From an uncultured Candidatus Saccharibacteria bacterium (GTDB taxonomy: Bacteria; Patescibacteriota; Minisyncoccia; Phycocordibacterales; UBA9973), in NCBI GenBank assembly GCA_964553015.1, contig CAZKJE010000001.1:6110-70109 (forward strand): a stretch of 64,000 nucleotides of DNA. The letters run 5' to 3'. Both the position numbers and the translations under genes were made by a program. Positions 17,458 through 26,849 of this stretch are shown here, one piece after another. Under the pieces are notes generated by a model. That model did no database searches and was not told the origin of the DNA. It was given only the letters and a program-made list of their open reading frames with translations. How positions within the stretch are numbered: the stretch's first letter is position 1; the number at the start of each line of letters is the position of its first letter.

Positions 17458-18915
17458 TTATTTTAGCGGCTTCATCAGCGGGAAAAGTTGAGTCTCGCGA
17501 AGCGGTTTGTCTGCGAGTATTGCAAAAAGTCTTTCGCCAAATCCAAACCCGCAGGTCGGAGGCATGCCGTGCTCGAGCATCTCTACAAATTCATCGTCTT
17601 GCATCATTGCTTCGGTGTCTCCCCCTTCTATAAGTTTCTGCTGCGAAATAAAACGCTCCATCTGATCTATCGGATCATTTAATTCCGAATACCCGTTGCC
17701 CACTTCGCTCCCGGCTATAATAGGACTGAATCTTTCCGTGGTCTTCGGATCGTCTCTATTTATTTTTGCGAGCGGCGCTACAAGTACTGGATGATGCACT
17801 AAAAACGCCGGACCGGAAATTTGCTTTCGGCAATATTTCCACAGCGAATCAGTCAGCCGCTCTTTGTTTTCTCCGTCAAATTTTACACCGAGCTCTGTAA
17901 GCTTAGCTTTCATTTGTTTTTCGTTCGCAGACAAGACATCTACTCCGGTTCTGTCTTTTATCTCCCTTACATAATCAACCATCTTCCACTCATCAGAGAG
18001 ATCAAAAGTGTGTCCGTGCGTGGTGAATTTTGTTGTGCCGAAAACTTCTTTCGCAATTTTTATATACATCTCGCGCACGAGATTCATGCCGTCTTTATAA
18101 TTCGCATAGCCCCAGTAAAATTCCATATTGGTAAATTCCTGCGCATGCTCCGGGCTCGTGCCTTCGTTCCTATATGCTCGTCCGATTTCAAACGTCTTCG
18201 GAAAACCCGCAGCCATGAGGCGTTTCTGCCAAAGCTCGCCGATAGATATGCGCATATATACGTCTAGATCGTAGTCATTGTGATGAGTTTTAAAAGGAGT
18301 AGCCTCTGCCCCGCCAGTCGTCGTCTCCAATGTCGGCGTCTCCACCTCCAAAAATCCTTTTTCTTTCATAAATTCACGGGTAACGTCCCAGAATTTTGAC
18401 TTTTTGATTATAATTTCTTTCAACTCCGGATTCATTAAAATGTCAAGATATCGTTTTCTATATCTTTCTTCCACGTCTGTAAGCCCGTGCCATTTTTCCG
18501 GAAGCGGCCGCAGGCTCTTGGAAAGCATCCGCCAGTCCTTGGCTTCCAGAGTTTTCTCCCCTCTTTGCGTCGTAAAAAAAGTCCCCTGTAATTCTACAAA
18601 GTCTCCGATGTCTACCACTTCATTCCAGAAGTTTAATTTTTCCTCGCCGAGAATATCTTTTTTTAAGAGTCCCTGAAATAAAGCTGTGCCGTCATTTAAA
18701 GTTATGAAAATTATCGCCCCCTGTCCGCGGATAGACATGATTCTGCCAGCGATCCACTTTACTTCTTTGTTTTTTTCTAGAGTATCGAAATTTAATACAG
18801 TTTCAGCAAGTGAAATTTCCCTTTTTGCTTCTGCGGGGTAAGGGTTTATACCTCTTTTCTGTAAGAGTTTTAATTTTCTGATTCTGGTGTCCCTAATTTC
18901 ATCAATTGAAGACAT
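17458..18915 (-). CDS. lysS: Lysine--tRNA ligase (class II)
   Basis: LRPLPEKWHGL, GFLEVETP, YRNEG, GFGFGERL, LFPLMKP. Confidence 0.97.
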   Translation of the reverse strand: MSSIDEIRDTRIRKLKLLQKRGINPYPAEAKREISLAETVLNFDTLEKNKEVKWIAGRIMSIRGQGAIIFITLNDGTALFQGLLKKDILGEEKLNFWNEVVDIGDFVELQGTFFTTQRGEKTLEAKDWRMLSKSLRPLPEKWHGLTDVEERYRKRYLDILMNPELKEIIIKKSKFWDVTREFMKEKGFLEVETPTLETTTGGAEATPFKTHHNDYDLDVYMRISIGELWQKRLMAAGFPKTFEIGRAYRNEGTSPEHAQEFTNMEFYWGYANYKDGMNLVREMYIKIAKEVFGTTKFTTHGHTFDLSDEWKMVDYVREIKDRTGVDVLSANEKQMKAKLTELGVKFDGENKERLTDSLWKYCRKQISGPAFLVHHPVLVAPLAKINRDDPKTTERFSPIIAGSEVGNGYSELNDPIDQMERFISQQKLIEGGDTEAMMQDDEFVEMLEHGMPPTCGFGFGERLFAILADKPLRETQLFPLMKPLK

Positions 18916-18922
18916 TTTTTGC

Positions 18923-18944
18923 TTGCCCCGCCACGGCGGGGTAA
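18923..18944. repeat. Intergenic palindrome, family B
   Basis: TTGCCCCGCC-AC-GGCGGGGTAA fills most of the greA-lysS spacer. Confidence 0.65.
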
Positions 18945-18945
18945 A

Positions 18946-19413
18946 TTAAGAAACGCTGATGATTTTATAATTGACTGTGCCGCCCGGAGTCTGAAAAGTT
19001 ACTTTATCGCCTTTCTTTTTTCCAAAGAGGGCCTCGCCAAAAGGAGAACGATTGGAAATTTTTCCATTTGCCATATCCGCTTCCTCACTTCCTACTATAA
19101 CATAATTTTTTTCTTGCTGCGTGTCTTCTTTTTGCACGACAACTTTAGAGCCTATCTCTATGATGTCTCCGCCGCCGCCTTTGACCGTGACAGACGTCTG
19201 AAGAATCTGTTCAATTTTTGCTATGCGCGCCTCCAGTTTGCCCTGCTCTTCGCGGGTCTGATGATATTCCGCATTCTCTGAAAGATCGCCAAGGGATTTT
19301 GCGTACTCCAAAGCCGCCAGAATTTCTTTTCTTTTTGGCCCCTTCAGGTCTATAAGTTCGGCTTCCAAAGCCTTGCGCTTTTCTGCCGTTATGTAATCTG
19401 CTCCTGCATTCAT
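18946..19413 (-). CDS. greA: Transcription elongation factor GreA
   Basis: GDLSENAEY, IVGSEEAD..GKIS.RSPFG.AL. Confidence 0.95.
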   Translation of the reverse strand: MNAGADYITAEKRKALEAELIDLKGPKRKEILAALEYAKSLGDLSENAEYHQTREEQGKLEARIAKIEQILQTSVTVKGGGGDIIEIGSKVVVQKEDTQQEKNYVIVGSEEADMANGKISNRSPFGEALFGKKKGDKVTFQTPGGTVNYKIISVS

Positions 19414-19557
19414 CTGATTTTTTAATTGATTATGAGTAAAAACGACTAAATCCCGCTAACGGGATTCATGGATAACTAATATTAAACTTTTTTAATAAAA
19501 AGTCAATGACTCAAGTTGGGAGTTGCTAAAAATAATTTTTATGTTAGTCTTAGGACT

Positions 19558-19791
19558 ATGGCAAAAACAGTAATAGAGGTGAAGAAAAATCCAAACGAAA
19601 ACAACGCGAGCGTATTGCGCCGATTTTCACGCCGAATTCAGGAATCCGGCATAATCCGAAAAGTGAAAGGCGCCCGCTACAATGAAAGGAGTGAATCCAA
19701 ACTAAAAGTCAAAAAAAGCGCGCTCAAAAGGATGACTCGCCGAAAAGAAATTGAGAAACTCAAGAAACTCGGCAAGATGGTGACAAAATAG
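19558..19791 (+). CDS. rpsU: 30S ribosomal protein S21-like
   Basis: IEVKK..NE....LRRFSRRIQESG, basic C-terminus; start re-called at MAKT. Confidence 0.75.
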   Translation: MAKTVIEVKKNPNENNASVLRRFSRRIQESGIIRKVKGARYNERSESKLKVKKSALKRMTRRKEIEKLKKLGKMVTK

Positions 19792-19792
19792 A

Positions 19793-20206
19793 ATGGAGAG
19801 AAAATTTTCCCAAATAAAAAATGATATTTTGGGTAAAGACTATTCCCTATCTATCGCCTATGTTAGCGAGAAAAAATCTAGAGTTTTAAATAAGAAATGG
19901 AGAGGCAAGGATAAGGCGACAAACGTCTTATCTTTTTCGCTCTCCAAGACTTCCGGCGAGCTTGTGCTATGCAAAGCTGTCATAAAAAAAGAAGCACAAG
20001 AAAAAAAATTTGATAAAAATTTCTCGGACCTTCTGGGATTTCTAGTTATCCACGGCATGCTTCATTTGAAAGGACTCGATCATAGTAGTACAATGGAGAG
20101 AGTAGAAGAAAAATATGATCAGAAATATTTCGGTGGGAATAGACGTAGGGTCGTCGGTGACGCGAGTCGTCGTCGGCGAGTTCTTAAAAGGAGAAAAAAA
20201 TCCTAA
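19793..20206 (+). CDS. ybeY: rRNA maturation endoribonuclease YbeY
   Basis: LNKKWRGKDKATNVLSF, IHGMLHLKGLDH. Confidence 0.9.
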   Translation: MERKFSQIKNDILGKDYSLSIAYVSEKKSRVLNKKWRGKDKATNVLSFSLSKTSGELVLCKAVIKKEAQEKKFDKNFSDLLGFLVIHGMLHLKGLDHSSTMERVEEKYDQKYFGGNRRRVVGDASRRRRVLKRRKKS

Positions 20207-21281
20207 GATTGTCGGCGCGGGCGAAGCGCAGACTCTGGGCCTTCGTCATGGCTACGTCGTAAACTCGTCTCTCGCTTCGCAATCTATCAGAGAAGCAGTA
20301 GCTCTCGCAGAAAAAACTTCCGGCGTAAAAATACGCCGCGCTTTTGTGTCGCTATCCGGCACGACTCTTCGCGGAGAGATGAGTTCCGGCTCTGCAATTA
20401 TTTCCAAGGCCGACGGCGAAGTCACCACGCTCGACATAAACAAAGCGATAGCAGACTGCGAAGACAACCTTTCTATCGGCAACAAAAAGATCATTCACAC
20501 ATACCCTGTTTCTTTCCGACTGGACGGCAAAGAAGTGCAGGGCAGGCTCGAAGGCATGCGAGGCACCAAACTTGAAGCCAAGGCCCTTTTTGTCACGTAT
20601 TCTATAGTCCATTTGGAAGATCTGCTCGGAGCCATAGCTCTTGCCGGCGTGGAAACCATAGACGTCGTCGCCTCTCCTGTCGCCCTTGAAAGTGTGGTCC
20701 TGACGGAGAAGCAAAAGATCGTAGGCGTCGCTCTCGTAGACATCGGCGCGGAAACCACAACGCTGTCAGTTTTTGAAAATGGAGCAATGGTTGCTACACA
20801 TACTTTTTCCATCGGCTCCACGGATATCACAAACGACATCGCTCTCGGATTTAAAATTAATCTTGAGGAAGCAGAAAACTTTAAGTTTGGAAATTTAAGC
20901 GAGGGCTATTCCAAGAAAAAACTCGATGAGATCATAGAAGCGCGATTGTGCGATATTTTTGAATCAATCGAAAATCACTTGAAAAAAATAAAAAGATCCG
21001 AGCTCCTGCCGGCCGGCATTGTCTTTGTCGGCGGAGGAGCTGGCACTCCAAACCTGATAGAGCTGTCAAAAGATATTTTGAAGCTTCCTGCGCTCCTCGG
21101 AGGAACGGAAATGTTTGGAAATACAAAGACAAAGCTTCGGGATTCCGTATGGTTTACAGCCATAGGGCTTTTGTCTGCCGGTTCTTCGAGCGGAGGCGGA
21201 TATTCAGACGGATCTTTCAAAGGTTTAATGCGCGACATCAAAAATACCTTTAAATCAAGCCTCAAACAGCTGATGCCATAA
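20115..21281 (+). CDS. ftsA: Cell division protein FtsA
   Basis: GIDVGS, LVDIGAETT, DITNDIA, VFVGGG; directly upstream of ftsZ. Confidence 0.93.
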   Translation: MIRNISVGIDVGSSVTRVVVGEFLKGEKNPKIVGAGEAQTLGLRHGYVVNSSLASQSIREAVALAEKTSGVKIRRAFVSLSGTTLRGEMSSGSAIISKADGEVTTLDINKAIADCEDNLSIGNKKIIHTYPVSFRLDGKEVQGRLEGMRGTKLEAKALFVTYSIVHLEDLLGAIALAGVETIDVVASPVALESVVLTEKQKIVGVALVDIGAETTTLSVFENGAMVATHTFSIGSTDITNDIALGFKINLEEAENFKFGNLSEGYSKKKLDEIIEARLCDIFESIENHLKKIKRSELLPAGIVFVGGGAGTPNLIELSKDILKLPALLGGTEMFGNTKTKLRDSVWFTAIGLLSAGSSSGGGYSDGSFKGLMRDIKNTFKSSLKQLMP

Positions 21282-21322
21282 AAGAAGTTGCTTTTTTCCC
21301 TTCTAGTGATAGTATGTTTGAT

Positions 21323-22513
21323 ATGCCAAAAGTAAATCAAGAGATAGAGAGTTTCGCCCGAATTATGGTCATCGGTATCGGAGGTTCCGGCAAGAATGCA
21401 GTGAACCATATGATCAACTCAAAAGTTAAAGGGGTCACCTTTATCTGCATGAATACTGACACTCAAGACCTGCATCACTCCATGGCAGAAAAGAAAATTC
21501 ATATCGGAAAAAATTTGACGAAAGGCCTCGGCGCCGGCATGGATCCGGAGATCGGAAAAAAAGCTGCCGAAGAAACAAAATCTGAAATTCAGGACGTCGT
21601 AAAAGGCGCGGACATGATCTTCCTTGCCTGCGGAGAAGGCGGCGGCACCGGCACCGGCGCGGCTCCGATAGTCGCTCGCGCCGCCCGAGAGCAAGGAATA
21701 CTCACTGTAGCAGTTACTACCAAGCCTTTCTTTTTTGAAGGAAGTCATCGAATGAAAATCGCAGAAAAAGGCATTGAAGATCTTGCAAAAGAAGTGGATG
21801 CGATCATCATAATTCCAAACGACAAATTGCTCCAATTGGCTGAAAAAGATACTAATTTCAAGGACGCTTTCGTCCGCGCCGACGACGTTTTGAGGCAGGC
21901 CGTAGAAGGCATTTCCGACCTTATCACCACTCCGGGAGTTATAAACGTGGACTTTGCAGATATCAAGGCCGTGATGGCCAATGCCGGCTCTGCCCTTATG
22001 GGTATTGGTAGCGCCAGTGGTGAAAAACGAGCAGAAAAAGCAGCTCTCGGAGCGATCAATTCCCCTCTGCTTGAAATTTCAATACACGGCGCCAAAGGCG
22101 TGCTCTTTGCGATTTCCGGCGGCGATGATCTGACAATAAATGAAATTCAGGAAGCTGCGAAAATAATTACCGAGTCCATAGACAAAGATGCGAAAGTTAT
22201 ATTCGGAACAATTCACGATGAAAAATTAAAGAAGGGAGAAATAAAAGTTACAGTCATTGCAACAAGCTTCCCTGCCGACATGCCTCGAAAGAGCTTGTTT
22301 ACCGGCGCAGCTGGGGCACTAGTAAAAGACGAAAAGCCTGAAGTTCTAAAAAAAGAAATACACAACAGCTTGCAGAATGGCAACCTAAACAGCAATAATG
22401 ATTTCATCAAAAAGCCGGACATCAGAAAAGAAGCAAAAGAAGAAATGGTTATAGAAGACGACGGCGACGACTGGAGCGCTGTCCCGGCATTTTTGAGGAG
22501 AAATAAGAAATAA
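21323..22513 (+). CDS. ftsZ: Cell division protein FtsZ
   Basis: GGGTGTGAAP, NVDFAD, C-terminal VPAFLRR; alternative start 21314. Confidence 0.97.
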   Translation: MPKVNQEIESFARIMVIGIGGSGKNAVNHMINSKVKGVTFICMNTDTQDLHHSMAEKKIHIGKNLTKGLGAGMDPEIGKKAAEETKSEIQDVVKGADMIFLACGEGGGTGTGAAPIVARAAREQGILTVAVTTKPFFFEGSHRMKIAEKGIEDLAKEVDAIIIIPNDKLLQLAEKDTNFKDAFVRADDVLRQAVEGISDLITTPGVINVDFADIKAVMANAGSALMGIGSASGEKRAEKAALGAINSPLLEISIHGAKGVLFAISGGDDLTINEIQEAAKIITESIDKDAKVIFGTIHDEKLKKGEIKVTVIATSFPADMPRKSLFTGAAGALVKDEKPEVLKKEIHNSLQNGNLNSNNDFIKKPDIRKEAKEEMVIEDDGDDWSAVPAFLRRNKK

Positions 22514-22561
22514 AAGACCTCGCGAATCTTCGTGAGGTCTCGACGAACCTCTCGGTTCGCA
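22512..22561 (-). repeat. Dispersed two-hairpin motif, copy 2 (may also terminate ftsZ)
   Basis: Minus strand TGCGAACCGAGAGGTTCGT-CGA-GACCTCACGAAGATTCGCGAGGTCTTTT. Confidence 0.7.
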
Positions 22562-22611
22562 CTTGTTCAATGGACAAGATTTTGATGCTAAAAATAAGAA
22601 TCACCTACGCA

Positions 22612-22644
22612 GAGCCTCCACCCGAAAAAAATGGGCGGAGGCTC
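22612..22644. other. GC-rich stem-loop just downstream of the 22660 ORF
   Basis: GAGCCTCCACCC-GAAAAAAAT-GGGCGGAGGCTC. Confidence 0.6.
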
Positions 22645-22659
22645 AAGAATTCAAGAGGA

Positions 22660-23316
22660 TCAGGCCTTCAAGGATTCCAGGTTCAGAATCCGTGAGGCAC
22701 CGACGCCGACATAACTGGTGCGGTAGTCGCTCCAATTGTAGACGCTGAGGCCGTGCTCAGAGAAGCCACCGACACACGAAACGTCACCAGCGCCGGCCGT
22801 AGCAGTCTTCACCGTCCTTTCCGAGCACGCCGCCCAAAAATTCTGGTTGGACCGTTTGCCGGTCTTTCGAAAAACGAGGATGTTTTTCGTTACCTCGGCT
22901 ATGGTCGTCGGCACTTCGTAGCCTTCTGGGAGCAACATCACCTGCTCTTCGAGCGTCTTGTACCTAGAGTCGGGAACGATGTCCCGGAGCATGATGTACA
23001 ACCGCGGTTCTAGTACTGCGATGTCCGTGTGGGGCTGTCCCGCGTGCCACGGATTCGTGTTGAAGTAGAACTTCGGCTGACCCGAGAACGGATGCAACTC
23101 GAGCCACTTCGCGACCGTGAGCGGATCGCCGTTGATGTCCGGCACGCCCATGAAAGCAAAGTGAGTATCTGCGACAAGCTTGCCCTTGTGGAAAGGGCAG
23201 GTGCTCATCAGAATTTCTTCGACCTGCGGGTCTAACTTCTCGGTCGGGCCGTAGTAGCTAGCCCAGTATCCCAACCCCCATACCCGAACGATGCCCTGCT
23301 GTATTGTCGTTGTCAT
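22660..23316 (-). CDS. Hypothetical protein with C-type-lectin/FGE-like, DGR variable-region-like C-terminus
   Basis: Y.VPT..E motif and C-terminal VGGFSEHGLSVYNWSDYRTSYVGVGASR; GC-richer than its neighbours. Confidence 0.6.
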   Translation of the reverse strand: MTTTIQQGIVRVWGLGYWASYYGPTEKLDPQVEEILMSTCPFHKGKLVADTHFAFMGVPDINGDPLTVAKWLELHPFSGQPKFYFNTNPWHAGQPHTDIAVLEPRLYIMLRDIVPDSRYKTLEEQVMLLPEGYEVPTTIAEVTKNILVFRKTGKRSNQNFWAACSERTVKTATAGAGDVSCVGGFSEHGLSVYNWSDYRTSYVGVGASRILNLESLKA

Positions 23317-23534
23317 AACTTTTCCTTTTTCTTTCCCCGGATTCGCCCCGAGTACTATTTTGCGGCACCGTCCTTGTGAGACGAGCTTTATAAGTCCTAA
23401 GATTTAAGGCTCAAAAAGCTCGTCTCGTATAAGTGATTCTTGTAAAAGAACTTTTTTAAATTACATATTTGTGATATCACAAAAAAACTTTTCTGTCAAT
23501 AATAAAAATTAGTACATTAGTATATAATGAGTTT

Positions 23535-24458
23535 ATGACTTATGACCTAATAATCATCGGGGGTGGGCCTGCCGGCTCGGCGGCGGCTGTATATGCTGCG
23601 CGCAAAAGACTAAAGACCCTTTTTATAACTGCCGAATGGGGCGGGCAGTCTGTCGTTTCTGAACAAATATACAACTGGATTGGCACACTTTCCTTGTCTG
23701 GTAATGAGCTTGCCGAAAATTTTAAAAAGCACGTAATGGCCAACATCGGCGAAAGCTTGGAGGTAAAAGAAGGAGAAAAAGTAGCAACCATAGAAAAAGA
23801 GAGTGAAATTTTTAAAGTAAAAACAGAATCCGGCAAAGAGTTTGAATCCAGAACAATTTTAATCGCCTCGGGTAGCAGTAGAAGAAAAATCACCGCCAAG
23901 AACGCAGATGTGTTTGAAAACAAAGGCCTCACTTATTGCGCCTCCTGCGATGGTCCCCTTTTTGCAGATATGGATGTCGCCGTCATCGGCGGAGGCAATG
24001 CCGGTTTTGAGACAGCCGCCCAGCTGCTTGCCTATTGCAAATCGGTAACTCTTTTAAACAGAAGCGGCACTTTTCGCGCGGATGAAATAACCGTGGAAAA
24101 AGTTCTGGCTAATCCGAAAATGAAAGCGAAAAAAAATGCGGAGATTTTAGAAGTTACCGGAGATAAATTTGTAAATGGGATAATTTATAAAGACGATGCA
24201 GGTAAGGAAATAAAACTTGATGTAGCCGGAATTTTCGTGGAAATCGGGCAGATTCCTAATACTGGTTTTGTGAAAAACCTCCTGCCGCTTGATGAAATAG
24301 GCAGAGTAAAAATTAATTTTGCAGATCAGAAAACCGAAGTAGCCGGAGTCTGGGCTGCCGGAGACTGTACAAACGTCCTCTACCACCAAAACAACATCGC
24401 CGCCGGCGATGCCGTCCGAGCTCTTGAAGATATTTATTTGGCTATACACGCCCGCTAG
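23535..24458 (+). CDS. trxB: Thioredoxin-disulfide reductase (TrxB/AhpF C-terminal type)
   Basis: IIGGGPAG, YCASCDG, VIGGGNAG, WAAGDCT. Confidence 0.88.
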   Translation: MTYDLIIIGGGPAGSAAAVYAARKRLKTLFITAEWGGQSVVSEQIYNWIGTLSLSGNELAENFKKHVMANIGESLEVKEGEKVATIEKESEIFKVKTESGKEFESRTILIASGSSRRKITAKNADVFENKGLTYCASCDGPLFADMDVAVIGGGNAGFETAAQLLAYCKSVTLLNRSGTFRADEITVEKVLANPKMKAKKNAEILEVTGDKFVNGIIYKDDAGKEIKLDVAGIFVEIGQIPNTGFVKNLLPLDEIGRVKINFADQKTEVAGVWAAGDCTNVLYHQNNIAAGDAVRALEDIYLAIHAR

Positions 24459-24476
24459 TACAAAAACAGTCCTATG

Positions 24477-24563
24477 CGGAGGCGGTGAGATTTGAACTCA
24501 CGATCAGGTTTCCCCGATGCCGGTTTTCGAAACCGGTGCCTTCAACCACTCAGCCACGCCTCC
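24477..24563 (-). tRNA. tRNA-Ser (CGA)
   Basis: Minus strand GGAGGCG...CCGGT-TTCGAAA-ACCGG, long variable arm, TTCAAAT T-loop, ...CGCCTCCG. Confidence 0.95.
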
Positions 24564-24597
24564 TACTCTGTTGACACGCCTCTGTATATTTGTCAAG

Positions 24598-24672
24598 TGG
24601 TGACCCTACCGGGAATCGAACCCGGATTACCGGCTTGAAAAGCCGATGTCCTAACCGTTAGACGATAGGGCC
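24598..24672 (-). tRNA. tRNA-Glu (TTC), CCA encoded
   Basis: Minus strand GGCCCTA...CGGC-TTTTCAA-GCCG...GGTTCGATT...TAGGGTCACCA. Confidence 0.95.
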
Positions 24673-24786
24673 ATATAAAACTCAAGCCAAAATAATATAA
24701 CATTTTTCTGCTTAATTGCAAAACAAAAACCTCGCAAACGTTTGACTTGCTATAATTTTCATTAGTTATGAGGTATAATTAATCTC

Positions 24787-26061
24787 ATGAACAAAAAAAT
24801 AATTATAGCATTGGTCATCGCGTTTGTCTTGGGTGGCATAGTCTATTTATTGTTAAATTATTATGGAAGCAGTTTTTTTAGTTCGGGGTTTGTAAAAGAA
24901 GAAAATGTTGCCAAAGTTTCCGGAGGAGGAGCATCTGCTCCGCTCGTCGCTCCGACGTCACTTTCCGCGACGGCAATCTCCGCAAAAGAAATTCGTCTTA
25001 ATTGGCAGGACACCAACACAAATGAGACGGGATATGATATAGAGCGAAGCATTATCAATTCTTCCGGAGTCAAAGAAACTTCCCCCGTCATATCGGTTGG
25101 GAAAAATATAGTTTATTATCTTGATGCGGGATTGTCCCCTCTTACTACTTATTATTACCAAGTAAGAGCAAGGGGAAGTAAAGGAAAAAGCTCGCCTTAC
25201 TCCACTGCCGCATCAGCTACTACGGAAGTTGCTTGCGCAAATTCATCTTATCCCCTTCTGCCTCGCAACCTATGGACATGGCAGAGCGCTGTCGCGACAG
25301 ACACCACGGCGCGCGCAAATTTCTTTACCTTTGCCGACGCTCATGCTGTCCGTACTATTTATCTTGAAAGCCAAGGACTTATAGCAAACAACCAGGCTTC
25401 ACTTGACAGTTTTATTAAAGAAGCCAAAAATCAGCATTGCATGGATGTAGAACTTCTCTTCGGAAATGCAAATTGGACCCTTACCCAAAACCACGCTACT
25501 GCAGTTGACCTCGCCCAAAAGTCAGTGCAATTTTTTGCGGGAGCAACCGGCGCTAAGCCAATCGGCGTACATTTTGACGTTGAGCCATACGCGCTAGCAG
25601 AATGGAGTACGGATCAAAACGGCGTGGCAAACCAATACCTTGACCTGCTTGAAAAGATCTCTGCGGTCACGACAGGAACCGGTCTTAAATTTACGGTAGA
25701 TATGCCTTTCTGGTTTGATGGAAGGACGGTGGTACGGGCTGACGTATCGCGCGTTTTGAGCGAGGCGATTATTGACAGAACAGACGGAGTCGTGATCATG
25801 GATTACCGCGATACTGGCAACTCTATTATTAGTCTGGGAGAAACTGAAATAATTTATGCGCAAAGCGTCGGCAAGGAATTGACTATAGGCGTGGAGACCA
25901 GATGCAGCACTTCCGAGCCGGAATATATCTCGTTCTGCGAAGAGGGTGCAAACTATATGGAAATTGAACTAATGACAGCTTGGAATTATTTTAAAAATTA
26001 TTCCAAGTTTAAAGGATTCGCCGTACACGACTACAAGCACTATGGTCTTTTAAATCAGTAA
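24787..26061 (+). CDS. Membrane-anchored fibronectin type III protein with putative TIM-barrel domain
   Basis: N-terminal TM; APTSLSATA...LNWQD..NETGYDIER...YYYQVRA (FN3); GVHFDVEPY and IMDYRD in the C-terminal domain. Confidence 0.75.
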   Translation: MNKKIIIALVIAFVLGGIVYLLLNYYGSSFFSSGFVKEENVAKVSGGGASAPLVAPTSLSATAISAKEIRLNWQDTNTNETGYDIERSIINSSGVKETSPVISVGKNIVYYLDAGLSPLTTYYYQVRARGSKGKSSPYSTAASATTEVACANSSYPLLPRNLWTWQSAVATDTTARANFFTFADAHAVRTIYLESQGLIANNQASLDSFIKEAKNQHCMDVELLFGNANWTLTQNHATAVDLAQKSVQFFAGATGAKPIGVHFDVEPYALAEWSTDQNGVANQYLDLLEKISAVTTGTGLKFTVDMPFWFDGRTVVRADVSRVLSEAIIDRTDGVVIMDYRDTGNSIISLGETEIIYAQSVGKELTIGVETRCSTSEPEYISFCEEGANYMEIELMTAWNYFKNYSKFKGFAVHDYKHYGLLNQ

Positions 26062-26145
26062 AGGTTATAAATTGAATTTCCTCGCGAAAATTATTTGACA
26101 GATTCAAAAATACGAGTAGTATCAAAAACAGAAAGGAAGGTCATC

Positions 26146-26766
26146 ATGAAGAAAATCGCCCTCTTCTGCTATTTGTTCTTTCTATTAAAACCAAACTCAG
26201 TTTTCGCGTATGCGCCAAGCAATGTGGTCATGTTACTTACCGAATTTTGGGCAGAAATGGGACCTGAAAAACCAGAGAACGCGTGGTACCCGGAGTACGC
26301 TAAGCAGAACATTTCCTGGGCACTGGAAATGTTCGAGAAAAAAGAATTGAAGCTGCAGTTCATTTATTTTGAAGATGCCCCATCCTTCTTGATGTGTTCC
26401 TATCACTCCGATAACAAGCATGTGATTGGAATATCCCCAGAGGCTTTCTCAATACTTATTTGGATGGCTCGTTTGTCCGGCCAAGATGTAAAAGAGTCCA
26501 TGAGAAATATATTTCTGATTGGGATAGTCCACGAGGCGGAACATCTTCGCTTCTGGCAAGATCCCCACTCCTGTGAAGACTTTGTCTTGGAAGAGACCAG
26601 AGTTTGGTATATGGTAAACGAATTCATGGTTTCTGGGATGATCGCTGATTGCAGACCGGTACTTCCGAGCTCTCTGGAACTTGACCGGATATTAAGTAAA
26701 CATGGTCCGAAAAGTCCGGAATTCCAAGATTTCGTTTCAGAAATTGTAAATTGTAGAGACGAATAA
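26146..26766 (+). CDS. Orphan secreted protein with HExxH motif (putative zincin)
   Basis: Start re-called at MKKIAL after AAGGAAGG; signal peptide ending VFA; IVHEAEHL...EE. Confidence 0.55.
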   Translation: MKKIALFCYLFFLLKPNSVFAYAPSNVVMLLTEFWAEMGPEKPENAWYPEYAKQNISWALEMFEKKELKLQFIYFEDAPSFLMCSYHSDNKHVIGISPEAFSILIWMARLSGQDVKESMRNIFLIGIVHEAEHLRFWQDPHSCEDFVLEETRVWYMVNEFMVSGMIADCRPVLPSSLELDRILSKHGPKSPEFQDFVSEIVNCRDE

Positions 26767-26783
26767 AAGCAGAGTTATCCTAA

Positions 26784-26815
26784 AAAAGACCGCCCGAGGC
26801 ACGGTCTTTTATTTT
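26784..26815 (+). terminator. Intrinsic terminator
   Basis: AAAAGACCG-CCCGAGGCA-CGGTCTTTT plus further Ts. Confidence 0.7.
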
Positions 26816-26849
26816 ATCATCTTTAGAAATTCCTTCTCGCTGATTATTT

